A stretch of 64,000 bases of DNA, taken from contig CM007991.1 of the NCBI GenBank assembly GCA_002189035.1, positions 868,001 through 932,000 of the forward strand, given 5' to 3'. A model generated the notes under the pieces. It was not told where the DNA came from. It ran no database searches and was given only the letters and a program-made list of their open reading frames with translations. Both the position numbers and the translations under genes were made by a program. The stretch's first letter is position 1; each line of letters begins with the position of its first letter. Source of the DNA: Utricularia gibba. Taxonomy: Eukaryota > Plantae > Magnoliophyta. Of this stretch, positions 23,897-35,788 are shown in pieces.

Positions 23897-26673
23897 TCAT
23901 CGTCGTCGTGAGGCTGCATGGAAGGGACCTGGCTCCGTTCCCCTGTTCCTACTTTCCGGTCTGCTGCAGATGCAGCCAGGGTAAGGATTTGCGTAGAAGT
24001 TCTCCTCTAGTCTCGGTGATTCCCCAGACTGTCTGGGATACGGCGCACCGGTACGATTCCGATGTAGCGACTTAACCTCCGAAGCGAAATCATTCCATGA
24101 AATTAAGCTCTCGTCGAACATGTCGACTAGCCGGACAAAATTGAATCTGTAACAATGGGAAACAGCACTCTGAGACCATGATTCATCAAAAGAAGAAGCA
24201 GCAGCAGCATAAAAGAGCTTGACATGGGGATGTAGGTTACCTGTCGGGGTTGATGGTGAGCTTGAATCCTTCATACCGGCGATGTCCTTGAACAGCTTTC
24301 GCCATATTTCCGTCGTAAGTGTAGATGAAGGCATCGCTCTCAAGTGCTATGATGTAGTCCAGCGCTGCGAGTCGGTTTTGGTACTTGATCAGAGGCTCCA
24401 GCTCCGCTGCAGTTGCGAGAGTGGAGTGGGAGAAAATGTTGGGGTACTCTCTTCGCAGTGAATCCATGCTGTTATGCCCGTAAATTTCTCCGGCCACGAT
24501 GTATATCCTGGTGGAAGATGGATATCCCATCGCCTTGAGAAACAATGCAGCTTCCCTTGGAGACATGGGGCAGCCGCCCTGCAATCTTTTCTCCTTGCTA
24601 TTGATCTCTTTTTCCTTCCAATGCCGAACCTTGTACCTCATTTTCCGGAGCTCGTTTGCCTCTGAATTGGTCAGGTTATGGCTGCAGCCGGTGAATGCAA
24701 GCATGTCCTTTTCGTACCTGATGATAGATGACAACAGAATATCTCACTCGGGGTATTTGGGAAGACATCAAAAGTTTGGAATATCAGAATGCTAGATAAA
24801 AGTGATACCTTAGGTGAAGAGCAATGTATGGTTCACCCTCATCTCTCAGTCTCTCCACTAGTTTCTTCCCGAGTTGCTCAATCTCCGGTGTAAACCGAAG
24901 AGCTTCGTAGTTTGCCCGGCATCTCAGCTTCTGTACAGCAGAGGGAAGCTTGTTGTTCGCAAGCCGCGAATCTGTATGTGTAAATTTGATCACCTTGTGC
25001 TTCTTCAACAGAGGAAGAATCTCTTCTCTGTAGTATCTGGCCTGTGCCATGAGAAGCAAGTTCAAAGTTAGTCTTCAATGGCAACCATGGAAAGACCCTG
25101 TTTGTCGCCAGAATAAGCCAATATTAGCAACAACAGGGCCAAAAATTACCAGCTTAAATTCAGCACCTTAGACCAAGAGACCGGTGCTTTGACCAAAGGC
25201 TTCACTGATTCAAACTCAGGAGGTAGCTTTTCGACAACATCGACATCGTTCTTCAACACTTCTACAAAATGATTCCAGTCGAAAATGTCGCCAAAGTCAC
25301 TGCAGGAGAAAGACAAGGACGTTACTGCAAATGAGACAGAGAAAGGAGACATAAAAAAAACAGCACGATTTTGAACCTTGGATCTGTCCAAAAGCTGTCG
25401 TGATCGAGAGATGGGAGGACAAGAGTTGCCTTCAGAATCTTTGCAACAGCAACCATATCACATATCTGCAGGATAAACGGACAGCATTCCATTCAAATCT
25501 CTATTCAAACACAGACTTCATCAAACGGTAATCAGGGAATGTATCCCTTACCCCTGTTCTCATTTGATTCAGTCCTCCATTGGCATGAACTAGAAGATAA
25601 CCATTGGTTCCATTTCTTCTATCTGATCAAATCACAATAGTGTATGTTAATTACCCATCACTAAAATTGCTTGCAACAAGAGGAAGGTTTTGAAATGAAA
25701 GAGTATGTCACCAGATGCATTCCCCTCCCAGCAATGCACGTGTAGAAGTTATCACTGTTTGGTTTCATATATATCTCGGGAACCTGCACATGGAGAACCC
25801 CAAGAATCAACCAAAGTAAAAAAAAAGTGTTTAAAATCCCTTCTAGTATGAACAGATCTCATGATTGTGAATGCCGGACTTTTTACTCGAAAAATAGAAA
25901 CAGTGGGATAATGCAGCAGTAAACTAGTAGCTGCCCAACCATAATGGACAGAAATGAGCGCCATTAATGAAGGGAGATTCCATGCTCTTTCCCATTAGGC
26001 ACCGGGAAATTCATGTACAGATTGACTTTATGCTCAGTCTTAATCATTGAGAATACAGATGAACCGTGATCAAGACAGTAATATCTGGGTTGCAATTTCA
26101 GCATTATAGATTCGAGTTTACCGGAAATTGCTTCATCTTCCGTTTCTGCAAAGCTGCAGCGGAAGACGACTCTGTATCGAAAACCGCACTCTGCGCGACG
26201 TTATTAACATCCTGGATGAACAAAAACTCATTCTCCGTAGTCACGATCTTTCCGCCACCGTCGCAATCTTCGCCATGCCCTCCGGTAACCAACAAGGAAA
26301 ACTTGAAAACCGCCGAAAAAACCACAATCATGAAGAGAAACGTGAGCGTACGCCTCATAATACTTTTCCTCAAATTCAACGAACATCTCTCCCACCAGAA
26401 AAACCAATTCTCCGGAACCCCTCCTTTTCGCAAAAAAAGGTACCGCGTCACGAGACAATGATGATTTGTGTATTGATTGCAATTTTCGTCCTGGAACAAC
26501 GCTTCTTCTTCTTCATCGTCATCTACATCCCTCTTAAAATGATCCAAACACATACTATTGCTGTCTAGTTCGTTGGTGTGTTCCGTCCCCCGGCGGCGCT
26601 GGGTGGTGGTGGTGGTGGCGACGCCGAGCATCTGGCTGAGAAAATTCGGCGATGGATCTCCCCCGTTCCCCAT
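23897..26673 (-). CDS. O-fucosyltransferase family / GT106 glycosyltransferase (FRB1/RRT-like), multi-exon
   Basis: Type II TM segment, then [141 protein letters not shown]. Probable +1 correction at CCCC 25722-25725. Confidence 0.94.
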
Positions 26674-27960
26674 TAAATCAACACACCATTCAAGTATTCA
26701 TGGTGTTAGTAGTCAAGAAAAGGTCAGAAAATAGGGACCAGACTCGAAGGAGAATCAAAGAGAGAAAAAAATGGCGATGGAGGAGAAGGAAGAGGAAACC
26801 GTTGCGCTCTTTGTGTTCCTACAGATTTGATCATACCCCCGCGTATCTACGTTTGTTATATGGACCCGCGTGCACACAAAAAATTCCGTGTGGAATTTCC
26901 CACTCGTTTACCGTCGACTCGTCTCAAACCCGGTCCACTCCAGAAACACACATCATGTTTATATTTATTTTCAGTGACCGCGACACAGAAATAATTATAT
27001 CAATATTATTTTTATGTTAATATCCATAAAATACGACGATACAAAATCCACCCAATATTTTTTCCTTTTTAAACCCAATTACAAAATAAAATACAATATT
27101 TTCCAATAATATAAATATTCACAATATTTTTCTTACCTCGGATTAAATTATAAAAATTATTTTCCGTATGAGTAAAGAAATAAAGAATCAGTCCGCGTAG
27201 CGCCTTTGACCGAGTCCGTACAAATACTTGCTAAATACTTATGCCGTGTTCGAGGGGTGATCGCTATTTCTCTAATTAAATATTTTATTAATTAAACGGA
27301 TAAACCATGTGGACTTGTTCTTAGGAATTTATGCTTTCAATTTTCGTATATGCGATTCCGAATAAAGAAATAAAATTATAATGTTTTGAAAATTAATTAT
27401 ATCAGATAAATAATAAAGCGGGAATTTATGTCCCATCCATAGAGCATATGATGGTACTTTGGTTTCAAATTATTGTGAATATTAAAAGATAAGCATTCAT
27501 TATTTATTATAGATAAATGAAATAGAAATTATGGTTATTTCTATTACCCTCAACATTTTTATTATCAGTAAAAGTTTTTTAAATAAAATCTAGATATATC
27601 TAATTATAGTTACAAGATTTAAGAAAAAACGTATTCTATATTAATATTGAAAATATGTTTGAAAAATAATAGGAAGAAAATATATCAAATTTTCAGAAAA
27701 TTAGAGAATATCAATATAAATCCATGTTCCAAAAAAGGGAGATCTTGTATGGTTTTTCATTTTCGAGATTATTATGGATTTGTTATAAAATATAATTAAA
27801 AAAATACCAATTAATTTATAGTCTAAAAATTTTCGGTATTTCTCCTATATATGGATAAAAAATAAAATGTATTTTCTTAATAAATCAGTATTTCTCCTAA
27901 TATATGGAAAAAAAATTCAGCATTCAAAATGAGGAAGTCGAAATTGGATTCGAAACCGGA

Positions 27961-28147
27961 ACACGTACACTTGGTCTGTTGATATAGGGTAGGGAAAGTG
28001 GGACCCATGCTCTGACCGCGTGGAAGGGAAGGAATGCCCGGTGGAATAGTAGCACGTGGTCCACAAGGCGAGTATCAGAATCAAATCTGAATTCTGATTC
28101 GGCGTCGGCGGTGCACATTTCCATATTTACTGCGGTCGCCACGTGTC
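27961..28147 (-). promoter_or_regulatory. ABRE/CE3/DRE/TATA promoter-like module with no obvious downstream gene
   Basis: CCACGTGTC 28139, CACGTG 28053, ACCGCGTGG 28015, GCCGAC on the minus strand near 28104, and CCTATATC on the minus strand at 27981-27988. Confidence 0.55.
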
Positions 28148-28448
28148 CCCTCCAGATCAAACCCGCCGGTCTCTAGGCTCTTGCCGCCGCGGGGGAGGTG
28201 GGCCCAAACTCGGAATCAAAGAATTCAAAAATTCCCTCCTACTGCAACAGCACTTGCCATTAAATGGAAGGGGTTCATAACAACTCATACTTTTTTTGAT
28301 CAGTTAAAAAAAAAACTTACTAGGAAATATTTCTGCATCTACTTTTTTATCATTAAATACATTAAATTTACATTATAAAAAATATAAATTTCATACTTAC
28401 AGCATGGTTTCATAAGGAAGATCCCATGGAGATCAAGAACTAGTGTGC

Positions 28449-28630
28449 TTGACTTTGAAACTAGTACTACATTAGGAAAGATAATAAGTCAACGACGGCG
28501 TCGGGAAACGCGACTATCTTTGGTCAGGAGTGCACACGGCCCTTTTTGTGCAGGAGGTTGACTGTCGGGAAAAGTCAAACCACAAAAGGCCGGCTCTTTG
28601 GAAGATCAGGGTGGAAAGAAACACCCTGAT
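28449..28630. promoter_or_regulatory. W-box cluster and 9-bp-stem hairpin
   Basis: TTGACT/AGTCAA at 28449, 28487, 28558 and 28573. Hairpin ATCAGGGTG-GAAAGAAA-CACCCTGAT at 28605-28630. Confidence 0.5.
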
Positions 28631-29040
28631 GACTCGCCCGCATTTTGGCCTCTCCTAATCGAATACCCATTGTTTCCCGAACCCGACCCGACCCGGGAAC
28701 AATGCTGACGTGTGCTAGAGGGTCAGCATTGAAGTTTGAAAGTATCAGTCGAATGTCTGTCGTCGTTTTGTTTTCTTACTACAGAGGCTTTCGGGGGGGC
28801 CTTTTGCATGACCCAAATCCCCAATTCTCCACGATCCAGATTACCAAATTGGAAATTAGGGTTACTATTTTGCTGGTTGGGCTTCTGAGTTCGCGAGATC
28901 TGCTACAGTGGCTAAGGGCGCCATGGAGATTTCTTCATGTTCAGTCACACTTATCATAAAAAAAACAGGATTTAGTGTTTCCTTTATTCATCGTCCACAT
29001 CCAAACAACATCCAAGCGCCAGTTGGACCACCATAAAGCT

Positions 29041-31111
29041 TCATAGCCTCAACCAGTCGAAACAAGGGCAAAGCCCCCAGCAAAACCTGGCTGGATAAGT
29101 GTCTTTCAAATACACCTCCCTTCTAGTCCCAATGATGTAGTAGCTGAAGGCTTTCCCATGATGAGTCATTGTCACTCGAGTAACCGGCACCACAGTGATG
29201 ATATGCCTTTCACAGATGACTCTTGATGTTGGAGGCACCAGAGGCCTTTCATTGATCACTTGTGAAGAGAATTGGTTCAGGAAATAGGAATCAGCGAAGT
29301 AGGCTGGCGTGCATTGGTGTGCCTGCGTATTGCACAGCAGCACGCCTTCTGCTCTGTGGAAGACTTCATCCGGAACCGACCCTGCTGCGCTTTTTGCACT
29401 CACTTTTCGAGCTGCAAGCGTCTTCCTGGAGATTGAAAAATGGAAGACAATGAGGGATCAAAGTTTGAAATAGGCGGGCTGGCTCTGCCTTGGATCAAAA
29501 TTTTCGTTCTTACTTACCATCTAGTGATAATTTTCGTTCTTACTTACCATCTAGTGATAGCCAACTCCCGTGTCAGAAGTGATCCACTGCCTTGGCATGT
29601 TTGGCATTGGATTAGTCCACGAGACCCACATTTGGGACACCGGAGCTTGCCAGTGCCGTTGCAATTTCGGCACCTGCAAAATGTTTTCTTTCATGGTTAT
29701 GCAGAAGAAGAAATGGAAACCAGAAGGAGCATCCAGCTTACAGGGTATCTGATCCATCCTTGTGAGCAATCAAACCTCTTCCATGACAAGCATGGCACTG
29801 AGACAACTGATTTTCCTTGTAAAATCCTGGTTCTTGAGATGTATTACAAGTGGAGCAAACAATATCTCCTCTTCCATTGCAATCTACCAACATGAGAGCA
29901 CGAATCACTTTACACTGGTGACGCCATTTCACAAAGGAATGAAGAAAATCAAACCTGGACACTTATCAACAGCTTCTGAGTTGGGGATCACCTTCCGTGA
30001 CTCGGCATAAGGAACAAAAAGCATTGGAAACTCATTTACCAGATCTAATTCCCAAAGTCCAACTTGAGGCCCTTTGGGTTTTCCGGAAGCAGAAGTTTCA
30101 TCCCCAAGAAATGGTTCTTTCTGTGTAACACTCTCTCTTTCTTCCACAAAAGTTTCCAAGGTCCCTACATAAACATTGCAATCTTCCACGGAGTCGATAG
30201 CCCATGTTCGAGCAGGACGACTTCCCCAACAGCAGCGATGGCCAACATGATCGATGAGTAACTCCCTTATCACCACCTCATCCAAAACTTGCCTGCAAGG
30301 CAACTCAAAACCAACCAACCAAACTATCATATTTTCATGTTTCAATGCTTCAAAATACAATGAAATGGTGAATCCATTGAATGAAAAAGGCTAACCTCTG
30401 TAAATCGTCCTGTCTATATCCATGTATAAACCCAAGCACTTGCTCTGCCACAAAGCATTTCAATACATATGAGTTTCCTCAGGAGAAACACAGAGAAAGC
30501 TGGAAACTTAAGCTATGGTTATCAGCTCAGATAAACAGAAACAAGATAAATTTTTGCTCTCCCCCATGCAGAAAGATGAAGAATATTCATATGTTTCCAC
30601 ATAACCAAAGGTATCAAATTGAAATATACTAAATCGTAGTTTAAGTATTGCATCCAAACAAAACATTCGACTACATTCGGAAATTATGAATTTCATTCGC
30701 TCATCAAGTGGGAAATGATCCGACACCGTTTCAAGCAAGAACTGCCGAAAAATGATTCCATGGAAAACGGTAGCACATATGTCTACGCAGAATCAATAAT
30801 CAACTGACCAGTTGGATAAAGGGGTTCAGTCGCGGAACCCAGCAAAGGCTCACGAAGAGGAGGGAGAGTAGGAGGAGGATACGGGTGAAAACCAGCCGCC
30901 GATCGGATCTCATCGACGGTAACCACACTTCCAGCCGTGGGAATCACGGATCCCACCCTTCCCACGTGCTCATACGAACTCCATCGCTCAATTCCGCTTT
31001 TCACTGGTCAAAAAGAATGATGAGATTACACAATAGTGAAAGGTAGCGAATTTTCCATAAATCATGGGCACCTGGGATCTCGCCGGCAGACAACAGAGAC
31101 TCCTCCTCCAT
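29041..31111 (-). CDS. DnaJ-like CxxCxGxG zinc-finger protein (At2g38000/SSUH2-like, from memory), multi-exon
   Basis: MEEESLLSAGEIP|VKSGIERWSSY, QVLDEVVIRELLIDHVGHRCCWGSRPARTW, CNGRGDIVCSTC, CHACHGRGLIAHKDGSDT, LCNTQAHQCTPAYFADSYFLNQFSS, YPARFCWGLCPCFDWLRL*. Confidence 0.93.
29500..29559. repeat. Perfect 30-bp tandem duplication spanning an exon end and splice donor
   Basis: ATTTTCGTTCTTACTTACCATCTAGTGATA x2 (29500-29529, 29530-29559). Confidence 0.97.
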
Positions 31112-32695
31112 ACTTTCCGCTAAAACTTTTGTATGAATTGAGGTTGAAACCGATCTGTGTACTTATCGCTCCAAGAAGCTTAATCATGAAGCAAATTGCG
31201 GGAAAATTCCCCTTCTCCCCCAAACACAATTTCACACCATCTTCCTATGTCTGCCATTTGGACAGGACAACTCATTTTTGAATATTCTAATATTTAACTG
31301 TTATGCAATAAAATTAAAAATTAAGATTCTATTATTAATTTTAGATATTTGTAATTAAATAATAAATTAATTAAAAATTATATTATTTAATTTTTATCTA
31401 TTTGTCTGAAATTTTATAATATATTATAAACATTTTTAGAACACCAAAATGACTATATTATATATAATATGAATCAGGGATTAAAAATAAATAATTTAAA
31501 ACAGGCGATGTGGCATTCAGCCATTGGGAGGAGCGGTGGTCCAGGCGCGTGGGTGAAATGGGCATGTTTATCGTGGTAAAAAAGTGAATCGAACATCTGA
31601 CGCCCTCGAAACTCGAACGTATCGGCGTCTGGGTGCAGTCGCTGCAAGTGAACCCGAAAGTGGGCCTCAGGCATGCAGCAGCAAGTGGAGACCATTCACG
31701 CTGCAGCCCACAGCCCGGCCCAGACTGACACACCCTCACATGAGTAGCTTTGAGTTGCAAGGGACCCACATCGGGAGGTTGAGGGCAATGTGGGCCACCC
31801 CACCCCCCCATACTTTTTTTTCCGTCATTTGATAACTTTATTACAAACAAACACAAAAAACTTGTGTCTTAGGGTTTGCGATTTGTGTGTAAAATCCAAG
31901 AAACATAATTGCCATAACACATAATGCAACACATGTGACCATTTTAATACCACGGGTGTATTAGATTTTTTGCCATTGCATTTTAAATATATGAAAGAAT
32001 AAAAAAATTGACACATTATATATAAAAATTTGTTTTTAATGTGTTACAGAGAAAGAGTAGATGATCATTTTTGTAAAAGACCCATCTACACCATAACTAT
32101 GTTTTAAAATATTACAAAAATAAATAAAAAAAATATGAAATTGAATCTAAAAATAATATAAATTTGGATTGTATTGGAGCAATTTCCAATCTTAAAAGAA
32201 GGGGGGATTTAGAAATCTTGAAAATTACATTCTGGAGCTTGCATTTCTTTGATGCAGATGGTGGGAGGGGAGATAGTATTGTCCCTTGGGGGCCCTCCCA
32301 CCAAACGAAAGTGTACTTCACTTCATCATCTCCAGTGTTTTTCCATCACTCGTTTCTGATCTCTTTGTTATTGTTATTAGAAAAAAAAAAAAAAGGGTTC
32401 TACTTAAAAAAAGGGAGGATTCCCAGTGGATGCTGTTCAAGTTGTTGTTTCTCTTTTGTTATCATTATTTGCGTGCAGGTCTTTTTCGACCAGTTTTGAA
32501 TGAAGCTGCGCCTATCCCACCACTCCATTTATTTGTACTCGCTGACACCTTTATTCTGTTGTCTTTCCATCCCCTTGTGTGTTTCCTTCAAAGATCCTTG
32601 CTTTTTCCTCCCCCTTTCCCTGTGTTGAGGAAGCACAGTGAAAAGGACTCTCTGAACTGCCCTCTTACCAGTTCTGGTCTTCGTTCTTGAGGAAA

Positions 32696-33603
32696 ATGAA
32701 CAGAGATATGGAGGCTGCATCCTCTTGCCACAGCTCTCTGTACTGGGTTTTGGAGGGGGAGGAGGAGGAGGCATCGGCAGCGAGATGGAGTGCTGAGGAT
32801 AACAAGAAATTCGAGAATGCTCTGGCGTACTTTGATCAAGACACCCCAGACAGATGGCACAATGTGGCGTCCATGGTGCCGGGGAAGACTGTGGACGATG
32901 TGATCAAACAGTATAGGGATTTGGTGCGAGATGTTCGAGATATCGAAGATGGGAGGATCCCGATTCCGGGCTACGTTAACAATGGTGAAGTCTTGGGGAG
33001 AAGGAAAGGGGTCCCCTGGAGTGAGCAAGAACACAGGTATCTATCCAATTTCATCTGCTTTCTTCCAGAAATTTGGCGGCTGGGCTTATGAACGCTTCTT
33101 ATCCCTGTCATGCAGACAATTCCTGCTTGGCTTAAGGAAGTTCGGGAAAGGAGACTGGAGGAACATATCTCGCAACTTCGTCACTACCAGAACTCCAACT
33201 CAGGTTTCTGCTGAATCTCTTCTGCTTGCTGGTTTTGGAGTTCAGAATGTGAATTCAGTAATAAACTTGGGATCAAAGCAATAGAACCTTCACTGCCTGA
33301 ATCTCTTTTACTCGGCAGGTCGCAAGCCATGCCCAAAAGTACTTCATCCGGCAGCATTCAGGTGACAAGGACAAGAAAAGATCGAGTATTCATGACATAA
33401 CCATGGCAGCCATTGACGACGCCAACTCTTCCCAGAAGCAAACCCCTGACTCCGGCGGCGCTCGTGAGGCCGAGGCGATGGGCTTCATCTCACCAGAAGC
33501 CATGGCTCATTTCCAACTCCATTCTTCTGAATTCGGCCAAATGGTGGTTGACGCCGACAGCTTTCCTCACCTGGGGCTGCATCATCCTCCCCCTTTCCCG
33601 TGA
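32696..33603 (+). CDS. DIVARICATA-type MYB (SANT plus SHAQKYF), three exons; introns about 33037-33115 and 33204-33318
   Basis: [62 protein letters not shown]|[29 protein letters not shown]|[28 protein letters not shown]. Confidence 0.95.
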
Positions 33604-35788
33604 ATCCGGCAGGAAACTGATTCCCAGCTCAAGATCGGATGGAAAACAACAGCCACTAGTCATCTTCGGCGGTCTCTGTTTTGTTTTTCTTCTTCTTCTG
33701 CTGCTGCGAATGGTAGTCTCACTATTTGTCACCATTATTCTTCATTGTGTGATGTTTGATTCCACGATCCAATTGGAAATTAATCGGTTCAAAGTAGTCC
33801 AAATTCATTATAACAAATCACGACGAAACTTCATTTGGAAAAGTATTGATGAAACCTAACTATCATCTTCATTTATCGTCAGTTTCATGATTGCTATATA
33901 ATATAAAATATTAAAATTATTAATTAAATGAATCTAATATATATGAAATGTGAATTACATTATAAAAGATAAGCATCAATCGATTAATAATTATTTATGA
34001 TTTCTGATGTATTTTATTAATTTATTTTTAAATATCAATATGAAATCGTTTATTTTAATAAAAACATAACATTTTATCAATATTTGAAAATTTGGGTTTA
34101 ATAGATAATTTTTCAAAAATATTAAAAATGCTATTTCAATAGACAAAATAAAAACTCAACTACCCGAATCTATGAAAAGCCTTGCTTTTATATTGCATAT
34201 TGCTAATCCTCGTACGGAAAATACATTGAATTTGATATTTTGCCAAAAAAAAAAAGGAAAGTAATTGGATTTTTTTCGCCGTGTGCGACATGACATGCTC
34301 CCCATGTTTGTGTCTGTGGTTCATCAGCTTTCCTTTTTAAATCAGAATTGTTGCATTCTTTTTTGGTGAAGTATTTTACATTTTGCAAACTATAAAATAA
34401 AATTTCCGAAAAAAAAAAAATCTGTGTTCTCTTCAGTCAATAATATCTGCTGTTGGGGGGAGAGGCGCGGGCCCCACCACACTAAAATGTGTGAAGGGCC
34501 ACCATCTCGTGGGCCAAGATATCATGAAAACCACATCATCAGACCCGCCCCATTAGCTCCACCAACATTAGTGAAATTACCAACAAGCCCCAGCCGAAAC
34601 ACTCCACCTATGCTTGTGCCCATGAGGAATTTATTTATTCACTTCTTTTGCTTACAATCACGATTCTATAACCACCAATTTTGAAAAATAATGTTATGAG
34701 TCTTTATTGGATGGGCAATCTTTAATTGTTCAATACGAACGGTTCGAAGCGAACTTTGAAATGATATGTGTATGTATAATATGAATCATCATGATTTGTA
34801 AGATATCATGTAAGTTTCAAGAAAGCAGACACAAAGATAAATCGAATCTAATTGTAGATCGATCCATCAACTCGATTTCATATGGAAGCCCAAGTACTGG
34901 TGAATATGGACATGTATCCATTAGCAAAAGAATCTCTTGGGCCCTTTCATTTGGGCCTGTCTTATAACCGTCAAACTGTTTTTTATTCATTTTGGAGCTG
35001 TTGATTAACATACAAATAAAGCTTGAGTTTCGTTATCGGGTCGACCCGGGAAGCCGCTGTTCGGTTGGTCCGACGGGTCTAATGACAAAGTGTTCAGCAA
35101 ATCAGGATTATTCATGCACAAGATCCGAACATAGGATCCGGTACCCGGATTTAGTGGGTCGCATGCGCATACATCTCATAATAACAAACAACTAAAAAAT
35201 CGAAAAAAAAGAAAAAAAGTAAAAGAGTAGAAAAAAGCTGTGGGGAACGTGGAAATGATTTTTATTCTTTTTATAATGTTTAATTCCGATGGAAATGAAC
35301 TGAAGGGTAATTTCGTAAAATGCTTACTGTTTTTTCATTTATCTTAAAAGACATTTTGAACTTTGGAGCCGCGGCGTGGCGGCTTTTGCTGCAATTTCTA
35401 CGCTTTCCCACCAAAAAGCCGCATGTCAAAAGCGCGAGGACGCTAATCCCGCCAAAAAAATTGCTCTTTCCCGCCATTTGACCAACCGGCATTCAGTTTT
35501 CCGCCATTTGACCAATTTGAAATTTTTGTTAAATAAAAATAAAATAAAACCATGTGTAATAAAATAATTTCACATAGCAATCATAACATATTTCATCTAC
35601 TAACTAATCCAGATCACTAGGGGCTTACAACCAAAACAACTGCCCTAATCTTTCCCTAATACAAACTTTTGTTATTGCTCACTATCGTTATCATGTTCCT
35701 TTTCGTTGTGTTACCGGCGGCCGCCGCAACCCACAAGTGAAAGAATGAATAGGGAGACATGATACGGCCGAACATCGCCGCTTCCTTT

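Noticed and set aside
27190-27265. GTTCGA-containing GC patch resembling a tRNA-derived SINE
   Set aside because: No A-box at proper spacing, no cloverleaf, no poly(A) tail or TSD.
28668-28719. Helitron 3' end (hairpin followed by CTAG)
   Set aside because: CTAG is followed by A rather than T, and no 5' TC terminus was identified.
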